A DNA stretch of 64,000 nucleotides from an uncultured delta proteobacterium (GCA_963733195.1 CAVTCR010000022.1:1-64000); one strand, 5' to 3'. Shown: positions 54,378-63,384, numbered from the stretch's first letter. A program made the numbers and translations. The notes: a model not told the origin generated them from the letters alone.

Positions 54378-55937
54378 TTAGCCAGCGACCACCTGCCTGG
54401 TCACTTTCTCGAAATGATAGCCTTCAATGGCAAAGCGGACCGCTTCGGGAAACATCCGCGGGCGATGTCGCAGCACTCTGGCCAGAAAACTTGCATACGC
54501 CGGCCCCTGCCGTGAGAGAAGTTGCCGCCACAGGGTTTTTAAGAAGGCTTTAATGTCCCGACTCCCTACCTGTCGCACTCGGTAATTCGCAGGGGGTAAA
54601 TGCTGGATCAGCACCCAGCATCGTTCAAAGTAGTTTCTCAGCGTTGGATCATAGAGGGTCGAGAGCACTCGCTTGTATCCGGCAATCAGCGTGTCCCGCT
54701 CGAGTTGCGGAATAAAGTTCAGCGTTGCACTGACATTATTCCCTGTCGATTCTTGTAGTAATCTTCCCTCTTGCTCTAACCGTTTATAGAGCCCGGTCTC
54801 TTTGAGGACCGTCAACAACCCTTCCATCGCCATTACCACACCGGCAGTTTGAATAAACTCGATGTGCGCATCAAACGAGGCTTCGGTGTCACCATCGGCG
54901 CCTAAGATGAAGCCGGCAGCCACTTCAATCCCCTGTGCTTGAATTTTTCGCACCGCATGTAACAGATAGTGTTCTTCATAGCCGCCGTCGGCCTTTCGCG
55001 TGTTCTGCCGCTTTTTCATCGTCAAGAGCGCTTCAAGGCTCAAGGTTTCGATTCCGCAGAAAATCAGGTTGAACCCCGCCTCCGGCAGCGCATTCAGCAG
55101 CTCTGGATGCTCAACCAGATCTACACTCGCTTCGGTACACAAGGGAAAGGGATAGTCATGCTCCTTCTGCCACTGCGCCAGATCCGGCAACAGACGTAAG
55201 GCATTACGCCGATTACCGATAAAATTATCGTCTACGAGGAAGACGGGGCCACGCCAGCCGAGATCATAGAGCAACTGAAACTCGTTGATCATCTGTGCGT
55301 TGGTTTTGGTCCGCGTGACACGGCCAAACAACTTTGTGATATCGCACCATTCGCATTCCCAGGGGCAGCCGCGACAAAACTGCACTGTCGCCATATGATA
55401 GGCCTCTAAGTCGAGCAGATCGTACCGGGGCAGGGGAGTGCCTCCAATATCGGGTTTCAACACTTTCCCATCTGGTCTGTTCAGTTCGTAGTACACTTCT
55501 TGGGCCTCCCCACGCGCCAGATCGTCAAGGAAGCGGGGAAAGGTCGCTTCCACCTCGCCAAACATGTAGTGATCTATTCTGTGGTGTGTCCCTAATTCCT
55601 GTTTGATATCGTGGTAGTAAGAAGTGGGGTGAGGACCCCCGGCGACAATGGGAATCCCTTTTTTATTGCACCGTCGCACGACGTCGTAGAGGGACTCCTG
55701 CTGGACAATCATGGTCGAGGTCATCACCACGTCGGCCCAGGCAAGATGCGTGTCCGATAGCGTCTCCACATTCATGTCCACTACGCGAAGTGTATAGGTT
55801 TCGCGCGGAAACATGCCCGCCACCGTCACCAGGCCAAGCGGCGGCATGAACGCCTTTCTGCCCACGAAGTCCATGGCGAACTGAAATCCCCAATAGGATA
55901 AAGGGAACTTCGGATAGACAAGCAGGACATTGGGCAT
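54378..55937 (-). CDS. B12-binding radical SAM protein (DUF4070 / HpnP-like family)
   Basis: PPLGLVTVA, GGPHPT, RGCPWECEWCDI, VDDNFIGN, FILGADGD and T.LYKRL. Confidence 0.9.
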   Translation of the reverse strand: MPNVLLVYPKFPLSYWGFQFAMDFVGRKAFMPPLGLVTVAGMFPRETYTLRVVDMNVETLSDTHLAWADVVMTSTMIVQQESLYDVVRRCNKKGIPIVAGGPHPTSYYHDIKQELGTHHRIDHYMFGEVEATFPRFLDDLARGEAQEVYYELNRPDGKVLKPDIGGTPLPRYDLLDLEAYHMATVQFCRGCPWECEWCDITKLFGRVTRTKTNAQMINEFQLLYDLGWRGPVFLVDDNFIGNRRNALRLLPDLAQWQKEHDYPFPLCTEASVDLVEHPELLNALPEAGFNLIFCGIETLSLEALLTMKKRQNTRKADGGYEEHYLLHAVRKIQAQGIEVAAGFILGADGDTEASFDAHIEFIQTAGVVMAMEGLLTVLKETGLYKRLEQEGRLLQESTGNNVSATLNFIPQLERDTLIAGYKRVLSTLYDPTLRNYFERCWVLIQHLPPANYRVRQVGSRDIKAFLKTLWRQLLSRQGPAYASFLARVLRHRPRMFPEAVRFAIEGYHFEKVTRQVVAG

Positions 55938-56145
55938 CGTTTCTTCCTTTCCGGGGAATAAATTCCTAACGGGAGTAGTCCCATCATCTATAAATGAGCC
56001 GCGACGTGGTTATCAATGACCTCACGCAGGCAGAGGTGGAAATGGCAGGTGATTTACCAGGCGGACCAAGCTGATAAGAATGCCTCCTCCCCGTCACCAT
56101 GCGCTCTCTTCATCCGGCCCAGCTCCGTGGTTCTGCGCGTGTCCT

Positions 56146-56649
56146 TTAGCGTTGTAGGTGTGCTTCCAGGACCCAGAGCTGCTTATCAACCCCGCGCGAG
56201 ATGTCAGTATAGACTGCCGCACTGCCGGCGTCTTCCACATCGGCAGCTTGCGTGATGCCGCCTCGCATCACCGTGGCATAGGGTGCGAAGCGCTCCACCA
56301 ACGCCACCACATGGTCGTTGCCCTCCACGAGTGCGCTAGGATACTCCGGCAACTGCGACAGCGCAGCCGCCATGCGCGCTGTTCCCATCACCACCCCGCC
56401 TAGTACGGCGATGCGTTCGGCCATCAGGTCGGCGTACACGTCGAGTGCGGCGGCAATCGTCGTGAGCAGGGCATGTAACGGGATAAAGTCTTTGCCCTTG
56501 ACATTCCAGCAGGCTTGTTTGACTTGGGAGCGTAAATCCACGGTGTAGGCCAGGGTCTGATTCAGCAGAGTGATTACGTCCAGGCGGATTTCCGGGGGTA
56601 GATCGATCCGTGTGGGATGCAGGACGGGGGCATGATCGTTCGTGTTCAT
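56146..56649 (-). CDS. dps: Dps-family mini-ferritin with atypical ferroxidase residues
   Basis: PTRIDL, KQACWNVKG..FIPLH, DLMAERIAVLGG and DKQLWVLEAH. Confidence 0.88.
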   Translation of the reverse strand: MNTNDHAPVLHPTRIDLPPEIRLDVITLLNQTLAYTVDLRSQVKQACWNVKGKDFIPLHALLTTIAAALDVYADLMAERIAVLGGVVMGTARMAAALSQLPEYPSALVEGNDHVVALVERFAPYATVMRGGITQAADVEDAGSAAVYTDISRGVDKQLWVLEAHLQR

Positions 56650-56657
56650 ATCGTTCA

Positions 56658-56865
56658 CTAAACCAGACTTCAGTACATTGACTTATGTCTTTTGTCCTTA
56701 TTTCCGAACAGGCCACAAGAGATTGGCACACTCGGGGTAGCGTGCGCTGTTCGCAGCGTCTGCGTGCCCTCCGCTTCTTTCGTGTACATGGCGCACGCTA
56801 CGGCTACTGAGCGGGAACGGTTGTCTCTCGATAGAATGTGCTCCAATGCCATGTGTCTGGTTTAG
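56658..56865. mobile_element. 208-bp MITE-like element in the dps leader
   Basis: Perfect 11-bp TIR CTAAACCAGAC...GTCTGGTTTAG. The reverse complement of its left end matches 46901-46922 at 21/22. Confidence 0.65.
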
Positions 56866-56869
56866 ATAG

Positions 56870-56938
56870 ATAGTAATCTCAGCGTCCCGTGTCGTCTGTG
56901 AAATTCCTGCTACAAATGTTGGAATTCTGCGACAATCG
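56870..56938 (-). promoter_or_regulatory. Conserved operator/promoter module, copy 3 (upstream of dps)
   Basis: Minus strand: cgattgtcgcagaattccaacatttgtagcaggaatttcacagac-N18-TACTAT. Confidence 0.75.
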
Positions 56939-56949
56939 GACAGGCGGAG

Positions 56950-57131
56950 TCGATCTTGTCCTTGAAGGCTGGATGGGAGGGCGTTATGGGGTGTGGCACG
57001 CTGACGCATTGTGGCGTGACGTTCTCACCCGTGCCGGATTCAGTGAACTCGAACACTACTATCGCCCGCCTGGAGTGCCGCGCGCGCGGCAGGCATGGTT
57101 AGCCAGCGTGTGGCGGAAAGCCGCCTCGTAG
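56950..57131 (+). pseudogene. 3' remnant of class I SAM methyltransferase
   Basis: EGW.GGRYG...W...LTRAGFSELEHYYRPPGVPRARQAWLASVWRK; no start codon or SAM-binding motif. Confidence 0.6.
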
Positions 57132-57234
57132 ACCCGACAGAATCGCTCCGCCGACATGAATCGCATAAACCGCTTGGCAGGGCGTCAGCGCCAGGAAGCG
57201 TGTGAGCAGGCGTGTAAACTACGTCCTCGCTCAG

Positions 57235-57789
57235 TCAGGCGGTGAGTAAGGAGAACGCCAGGAAGTTCTTCAGGATGGCCTCGCTCCCGTCCTCCGCGCC
57301 GCCCTCGAGAGCAGGGTTGAGGCGGTGCCAGACGACCTCACCGTGGACCGACACGCCGACACTCCAATGAGCCTGGCGGAGGGTAGCGGCATGATGCGGA
57401 TACGGGGAGGTCAGGACGCGGACCGTCGGGGCGAGCAGGTCAGCCCGAAAGGGCGGCGCGGCATCGATTTCAAACTCAATCGTGGGACTCTCCTCGTGCA
57501 AGCCGCGCACACTCAACAAGGTCCCCCGCCGCATGTAGGTGGTCGTGCCCTGAGGACTCTGGGCGTAGGATAAGACACTCAGGTCCGGGAACCGGTGTGT
57601 GTGTTTCAGTGCCTGGATGAGGGTGGTGAGAATGCGCACGACTTGATCTATGCCGGTGACCCAGACGGTCTCGGCTTGGCGTTGAGTCAAGCGGGTGGCA
57701 TGCTGCGGGTGGTCCTGCGCCTGAATTTTGCGCTCGGTGATCGCCGCCATCTCTTGGGCCCACACGGCCAGGGATCCAGAATTCTCCAT
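57235..57789 (-). CDS. Hypothetical protein
   Basis: 184-aa ORF with RBS aaggag. Confidence 0.7.
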   Translation of the reverse strand: MENSGSLAVWAQEMAAITERKIQAQDHPQHATRLTQRQAETVWVTGIDQVVRILTTLIQALKHTHRFPDLSVLSYAQSPQGTTTYMRRGTLLSVRGLHEESPTIEFEIDAAPPFRADLLAPTVRVLTSPYPHHAATLRQAHWSVGVSVHGEVVWHRLNPALEGGAEDGSEAILKNFLAFSLLTA

Positions 57790-57846
57790 AGAGCGACTTC
57801 TCCTTTTCAGTCGGCCTGTCGAGCGGTCGCCTGGGGCCGCTCCCTG

Positions 57847-58037
57847 CTAAATCGGACCACAGAACGTTCGTACACTGTATCACTTGCTGTGAAATCCTCC
57901 CTGTCCCTCCTTTTCCACCTGTGGCCGGTGGCAGGCCAAAGGAGGGAACCCAATTGCCCCCTTTCGCAAAGGGGGCCGCGCGCAGCGCGGGGGGATTTTT
58001 GTCAGGGACTGTGCCAATCTCATGTGGTCCGATTTAG
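57847..58037. mobile_element. 191-bp MITE-like element
   Basis: TIRs CTAAATCGGACCAC...GTGGTCCGATTTAG enclose the 105-bp palindromic unit; the right TIR supplies the stop codon of 58034-58384. Confidence 0.7.
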
Positions 58038-58384
58038 GCCAGCGCATCGCGGGCGTCGTGGACTTCGGGGAGCTGCCCCAGCGCCTGGGCAAAGTGGTGC
58101 ACGGTGTCCTGCCGATCGGTGTCGTCCAGGAATGCCTGCCAGGCTTTCTTATGAGTCTTCAGAAACGCCTCGCCGGTGGGCGTGAGGCGAAAGGGGGACA
58201 CGCCGACTATGGAGCAGATCAGATCTTTGCGCCACAGCGCGCCGGTGGCGGCCCCGACTGCGGCCTTGCCCCGCACGTCGCCCCAATACCAGCCTGCGGT
58301 CCGGGAGTCCGTCTGTACGGCTTCCAGCACTTCCAAGCAGTGCACTGTCTGGCCAACATCCAGGTCTTGTAATTGATTCATCAC
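58034..58384 (-). CDS. Hypothetical small protein, possible winged helix; paralog of 63437-63784
   Basis: RBS agagga; LEVL.AV, GWYWGDVRGK and F.LTP.GEAFL...W..F are shared with the paralog. Confidence 0.8.
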   Translation of the reverse strand: MMNQLQDLDVGQTVHCLEVLEAVQTDSRTAGWYWGDVRGKAAVGAATGALWRKDLICSIVGVSPFRLTPTGEAFLKTHKKAWQAFLDDTDRQDTVHHFAQALGQLPEVHDARDALA

Positions 58385-58630
58385 ATCTCCTCTTATCTCA
58401 CACGCTGTCTGTCCATGCGCGTGGTTCTATGGTAGAGACTCACCTTCCTTCGTCCGCGATTGTCGCGTTGCCGAGTGAGCCGCACGTTACGGGTTATTGC
58501 GTTCGTTCGGTAGCCGGAAGAGGTTTTTGCACGGAGAAACAAAGACAGACCCGACAGAAGACTATCCTCCCCCACCGCCAAAGTTGTCCGATATGTCCGC
58601 ATTTTCTACACATACTGCCTCGCTGTATAT

Positions 58631-59092
58631 TTAGACGTTTAGGCGTACCGCCCGAGGCGCGGTGACGGAGCGGCGAATCTTCTTGAGGGGCACGCTGCTC
58701 CAGGACGCGCGGTCGTGCAGCAGCGCTTCGCGCACTGCTCCCGGCTCGAGTCCAAGTACCTCACAAATCGATATGAACGCAAATGGCCAATGGACCTCCT
58801 CACTCAAAAACCAGGCCTCCGCCTCCTGGGCCAAGCGTTGGCCCCGGCGGCCCGTCGCGCTGAAATGCCCTTGCAGACATAACAGGGCATCTTCCAGGAC
58901 GGCCCGCATCAGGGCGGCCTCGGGACCGACCATGCCCACGGTCGCACGGGAGCCGAAGCCCGGCTCGGGGAGGAGACTGTCCTCAAGTAGCGGCGCCGGT
59001 CGCCGCCTCACCGCCGCCGCGGCGGGAACAGCCCGGGATGGGACAAGGTGGAGTAAGGGACTGGGGGACGCAAGGACCCCTGGAGTACTCAT
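58631..59092 (-). CDS. Conserved hypothetical protein
   Basis: PEAALMRAVLEDAL...EAEAWF...WPFAF.SICEVLGLEP; operonic with the upstream gene. Confidence 0.7.
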   Translation of the reverse strand: MSTPGVLASPSPLLHLVPSRAVPAAAAVRRRPAPLLEDSLLPEPGFGSRATVGMVGPEAALMRAVLEDALLCLQGHFSATGRRGQRLAQEAEAWFLSEEVHWPFAFISICEVLGLEPGAVREALLHDRASWSSVPLKKIRRSVTAPRAVRLNV

Positions 59093-59102
59093 AGTAGCCT
59101 TC

Positions 59103-59828
59103 TTATGGTGTGACCTCAGTCCCTTGTCCCCACAACCAATAGACCACGCTCAGCGCCACGATGCCGAGGAGTAGCGCCCACCATGGCGGCCGCGCACTTC
59201 TTTTCCCTCTTTTTTCCCACCGCTCCCAGGCTCCTTCGTTCGGTGCCATCCCTGTTGCTGTGTCAGTATTCGCCTCGCTGAGATTCATCCCACTGTTCAG
59301 CCCAAGAACACCGGCTAACCCCGCCGGCGCCTGTCCCGCGATGCCCTCCCTCTGGCCCAGCAGCAACGTGGTGAGGGCAATGGCGTTCAGTCCTTGTGCC
59401 GCTCGGACTCGTCCTAATATACCGACAACCACGGGCGCTGTTAGACTGAGCAGAGACGATGCGGAGGCGCTTGTAACGCCATTGGCATTGGCAATCAGAG
59501 CACTGACGGCACTCAGCTTGCCAGCGAACAGCGTGCTAAGAATGTCCTGACCGGAAGCTATCAAGGTTTTTGTGGTATTCCCTTTATCGAACAGGCCAGA
59601 CAGGTTGTTTAAGAGACGCTCGTAATTGCGGTGATTGATCAGGCCCACGAGTCGGGCGGGACCATCCCCTGAGGAGGATAAGTGCATAACGCCAGTGAGC
59701 AGGGTGGGCAGAACCTCGTCGACGGCCTTTTGCGTATTGACCGCACTCTCGCCCAGCAGCGCGCTGAGGTGGTGCACCATATCAGGAGTCAACTGGGTCT
59801 TGATATCGCTTAACAAACTTGTAGTCAT
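59103..59828 (-). CDS. DUF937/YidB-like protein with C-terminal TM anchor, lacking the usual OmpA domain
   Basis: LGES...TQKA, G..ILSTLF, ASSLLSLTAPVVVGILG and terminal WWALLLGIVALSVVYWLW. Confidence 0.75.
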   Translation of the reverse strand: MTTSLLSDIKTQLTPDMVHHLSALLGESAVNTQKAVDEVLPTLLTGVMHLSSSGDGPARLVGLINHRNYERLLNNLSGLFDKGNTTKTLIASGQDILSTLFAGKLSAVSALIANANGVTSASASSLLSLTAPVVVGILGRVRAAQGLNAIALTTLLLGQREGIAGQAPAGLAGVLGLNSGMNLSEANTDTATGMAPNEGAWERWEKRGKRSARPPWWALLLGIVALSVVYWLWGQGTEVTP

Positions 59829-59976
59829 ATGATTTCTTCCTCTGAGAGACTCCGGGCCTCTCGGCAAATGGTAAGGGGGGCGTTGCCCGTGCGGCAATGG
59901 GGCATCGAGAACGCGGGCACGAGAACGCCAGCACACGACGTGCCTCTCGTTTCTGGTGCCTATTGGTTGTCCCTAG

Positions 59977-60045
59977 ATAATAAGCTCGGCCTTCTGCGGC
60001 GTCTGTGAGAATCGTGCTGAAAATGTTGGAATCCTGCGACAATCG
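59977..60045 (-). promoter_or_regulatory. Conserved operator/promoter module, copy 4 (upstream of DUF937 operon)
   Basis: Minus strand: cgattgtcgcaggattccaacattttcagcacgattctcacagac-N18-TATTAT. Confidence 0.75.
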
Positions 60046-60115
60046 TCCTGGGGAAGAGGAAAAACCATCCGCCCTCATGTATGAGTGCACGCGCAGCTTC
60101 CGGTGGACCCGGTTT

Positions 60116-60340
60116 TCATTCGCCACAATAACTCGCCAATGCGTAACGCGTCGTGTTGTCGCGGTAGGCTGTGGGGGTCATAGACACGTGTGTGCGAGAG
60201 AGCGCGGTGAAGTGACTGTGGCCCACGTCCCCGACCTGAAGTCCAATCTCACTGAGGGGTAGGTCAGTCGCGGCGAGCAAGCGCTTCGCCTGCTCCATGC
60301 GACACCCGATTACATACTGGTGGGGCGTCAGACCCGTGTA
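60116..60340 (-). pseudogene. AraC/XylS-family regulator, C-terminal HTH remnant
   Basis: TGLTPHQYVIGCRMEQAKRLLAATDLPLSEIGLQVG...SHFTAL.R.HVSMTPTAYR. Confidence 0.85.
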
Positions 60341-60342
60341 GA

Positions 60343-60418
60343 GCCGTCCATCGACCCCCTCCCTTTCGATTAGGGGAGGGAGCTGTATTTCTTCTGAACA
60401 GTAAGCCGATGGACGGTC
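60343..60418. terminator. Long hairpin downstream of RRM gene at the AraC truncation point
   Basis: gccgtccatcg...cgatggacggtc outer stem with inner ctccct/gggag arms. Confidence 0.5.
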
Positions 60419-60447
60419 AGGTCAATACGCAACCAATGCGGGGTTCT

Positions 60448-60771
60448 CTACCAGCGTTGCTCACGACCACCATTCGTACCACCGCCCCCACCAAAAGAGC
60501 GGCCACCCCCACCACGAGACTCCCGCGGTTTCGCTTCGTTGACGGTTAAAGCACGCCCCTGCAGCTCATACCCATTGAATTTCTCAATCGCAGTCTGCGC
60601 GTCCTGCGTACTGTCCATCTCTACAAAACCGAACCCACGGGACTGGCCCGAAAACTTGTCAGAGATCACATTCGCTGAAGTGACCACACCGACCTGACCG
60701 AACAATCCCTCCAGCTCCGCGCCCGTAGCACTAAAGGGAAGATTTCCTACAAACAACTTCGTCGCCATCAT
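60448..60771 (-). CDS. RRM RNA-binding protein with Gly-rich tail (Rbp type)
   Basis: RNP2 KLFVGNL, RNP1 RGFGFVEM, LTVNEAKPR; RBS ggagg. Confidence 0.95.
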   Translation of the reverse strand: MMATKLFVGNLPFSATGAELEGLFGQVGVVTSANVISDKFSGQSRGFGFVEMDSTQDAQTAIEKFNGYELQGRALTVNEAKPRESRGGGGRSFGGGGGTNGGREQRW

Positions 60772-60956
60772 AACCTCCAAGAGAATACACAAAGGCCCCA
60801 GAAACCATGAGTACGGTTCCAGGGGCCTATATACTCTCGAACCAACTCGCTGTCAGGAAAAAACAAACAACTAATGAAGTGACCATAGACCGTTCCTCTC
60901 TTGGATACAATGCGGGTAGAAGCATATGTCTACATTTGTCCCCTTTGCACCGAAGA

Positions 60957-61160
60957 CTCAATCTGCAAAAATTCCCTCGCGCGGAACCTGCGGTGAGCCA
61001 AGTCGAACCAAGCGCCCCTCCTTCGATCCTTCGACAGGCTCAGCACTCAGGACAGGCTTTACTAAGGGAGGCGTTTGGGTTCCCTCCTTTGCCAGAGGGA
61101 AGACAGGGGGGATTTCACAGCGAGTGCCACAGTGTACAAATGTTATATGGTCCGATTGAG
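60957..61160. repeat. Composite REP/MITE tract
   Basis: ccttcgacaggctcag units, ccctcctttgccagaggg hairpin, and right end agtgtacaaatgttatatggtccgattgag. Confidence 0.6.
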
Positions 61161-61360
61161 GAGACGCCGTCCGCTGGGCATCAGTGAAACCGCCGTCCCA
61201 CTGGAATCCCAGCCTCACCGTGTGATTATATTCCCACGCCTGTCTCAGTTATGAGGAAAGAGAACCGTCGATAGCCATCCCTGGCGTCTTTACTCACCCG
61301 AGAGGATTAAGCATTGGTGCTTCCGGTTCGTGCACCAAAACCAAGAGGTAAAGTCTTCCT

Positions 61361-63214
61361 ATGGACAAAAGAACCCAACTAAATGTGATGTATGCCGTGA
61401 GTGCTCTCTTCGTCATCATGGCTTTTCAACAGTGGTTGAGGGAACGCCCAGTCAAGGTTCTTCTCTACAGTGAGTTTGAGCAGCTGCTGAAAGACAAGCA
61501 AATCGAAGAGGTATATGTTCGTTCAGACTTTCTCGAAGGCAAGTTGAAAAAGCCGCTGCCAGACGGCCGAGAACTCTTCGTTACGACCCGGGTCGACCCG
61601 CAATTGGCCGATCGCCTCAGTCAGTCTGACGTGAAATTCACTGGGGTGATCGAGAGCACCTGGCTGCGAGATCTGCTGTCCTGGGTGCTACCGGTGCTGT
61701 TTTTCTTTGCGATCTGGCAATTTTTTATTCGCCGCCTCGTCGATAAGCAAGGTCTCGGCGGCATGATGACCGTCGGCAAGAGCAAAGCTAAAATTTACGT
61801 TGTAAAGGACACCAAAGTGACCTTCGACGACGTCGCCGGGGTTGAGGAGGCCAAGGACGAGTTAAAAGAAATCGTGGCTTTCCTCAAGAATCCCAAGGAC
61901 TACGGCCGCCTGGGCGCACACATCCCGAAAGGCGTACTGTTAGTCGGCGCGCCGGGTACGGGGAAAACCCTGCTTGCCCGAGCCGTAGCTGGTGAAGCCG
62001 GGGTCCCGTTTTTCTCTATCAGTGGTTCCGAATTTGTCGAAATGTTCGTTGGCGTCGGCGCTGCTCGGGTGCGCGATCTCTTTGAGCAAGCTAGCAAAGC
62101 CGCGCCCTGCATTATCTTTATCGATGAGATGGACGCGCTTGGCCGCGCCCGTGGCATCGGGTCCTATGGTGGTCATGACGAAAAAGAACAGACCCTGAAC
62201 CAGCTGTTGACCGAACTCGATGGCTTTGATCCGCAGCAGCAAGGCATGGTTCTCCTCGCTGCCACGAACCGCCCGGAGGTCCTGGACCCGGCGCTCCTAC
62301 GCGCTGGCCGTTTTGACCGCCAGATTCTGGTCGATCGGCCCGACAAAAGTGAGCGTGTCGCAATTCTGAAAGTGCATTTACAAAAGATCAAGTTTGCTAC
62401 GGATGTCGACCTCGAGTCGATTGCCGCGCTCACCCCCGGTTTTTCCGGCGCTGATCTCGCCAATATCGTCAATGAGGCGGCCCTACTGGCGACGCGGCGC
62501 AACGCGAGTGAGGTCACCATGGAAGATTTTAACAACGCTATCGAGCGTGGGATTGCGGGTCTGGAGAAAAAAAACCGTTTGCTGAACCCACATGAGCGCA
62601 AGGTCGTCGCCTATCATGAAATGGGCCATGCCCTGGTCGCCAGCGCGCTACCCGGCAGCGACCCAGTGCACAAGGTGTCAATCATCCCGCGCGGTATCGG
62701 CGCGCTTGGCTATACGATCCAGCGTCCGACCGAAGATCGTTTTCTGATGAGTAGCGAAGAGTTGCAAAATAAAATGGCGGTCCTCTTAGGAGGACGCGCC
62801 GCGGAGATTCTCATTTTCTCTGAGGTCACCACCGGTGCGGCAGACGACTTCGACAAGGTAACCAATATCGCCCGCGCTATGGTGACCCGGTACGGGATGT
62901 CCGACAAGCTCGGCCAGATGACCTACGAGGAACAGCGCCAATCGTTTCTCGGTCAGCCGTCATTCCCTACGTACGAGCGCCGCTATAGTGAAGAGACCGC
63001 GCGGGAGATTGACTGTGCCGTCCGCGAACTCACTGACCGCGCGCGCGAAGAGGCCCTCCGTATTCTCACGATCTTTCGTCAGGAACTTGAAGACAGCGCT
63101 ATGCAGCTTTTAGAGAAAGAGACCTTACGGGCTGAGGACCTGCCGCAGCTCGATTTGCGCAAACTTACTGCTAAATCGAACCACACGAGGTTGGCACAGC
63201 ACCACACTGTTTGA
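61361..63214 (+). CDS. ftsH: ATP-dependent zinc metalloprotease FtsH
   Basis: Two TM segments, [32 protein letters not shown] and HEMGH. Confidence 0.96.
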   Translation: MDKRTQLNVMYAVSALFVIMAFQQWLRERPVKVLLYSEFEQLLKDKQIEEVYVRSDFLEGKLKKPLPDGRELFVTTRVDPQLADRLSQSDVKFTGVIESTWLRDLLSWVLPVLFFFAIWQFFIRRLVDKQGLGGMMTVGKSKAKIYVVKDTKVTFDDVAGVEEAKDELKEIVAFLKNPKDYGRLGAHIPKGVLLVGAPGTGKTLLARAVAGEAGVPFFSISGSEFVEMFVGVGAARVRDLFEQASKAAPCIIFIDEMDALGRARGIGSYGGHDEKEQTLNQLLTELDGFDPQQQGMVLLAATNRPEVLDPALLRAGRFDRQILVDRPDKSERVAILKVHLQKIKFATDVDLESIAALTPGFSGADLANIVNEAALLATRRNASEVTMEDFNNAIERGIAGLEKKNRLLNPHERKVVAYHEMGHALVASALPGSDPVHKVSIIPRGIGALGYTIQRPTEDRFLMSSEELQNKMAVLLGGRAAEILIFSEVTTGAADDFDKVTNIARAMVTRYGMSDKLGQMTYEEQRQSFLGQPSFPTYERRYSEETAREIDCAVRELTDRAREEALRILTIFRQELEDSAMQLLEKETLRAEDLPQLDLRKLTAKSNHTRLAQHHTV

Positions 63215-63278
63215 GACATTTCGCCACTGCGCCCGACCATTCATGATACTGTTGGAAAACTCCCTCTGGCGCTGCCCT

Positions 63279-63384
63279 CGCCCGGAGCTCAAGCTCCGGG
63301 CTGCAACCAACAAAGGCGGCTGAAGCCGCCTGAGAGCCTGGGTTACCAGGCTTTGTAGTGTGAGCCCGACGCTTGAGCGTCGGG
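63279..63384. repeat. Four-hairpin REP-like element (inverted copy of 49046-49150)
   Basis: Same four stems in reverse orientation, with compensatory substitutions. Confidence 0.8.

Noticed and set aside
45970-60045. Four repeats read as a CRISPR array or attC cassette sites
   Set aside because: They are kilobases apart, lack attC-type inverted R/L boxes, and have no cas or integrase nearby. The fixed spacing to a -10 box fits promoters better.
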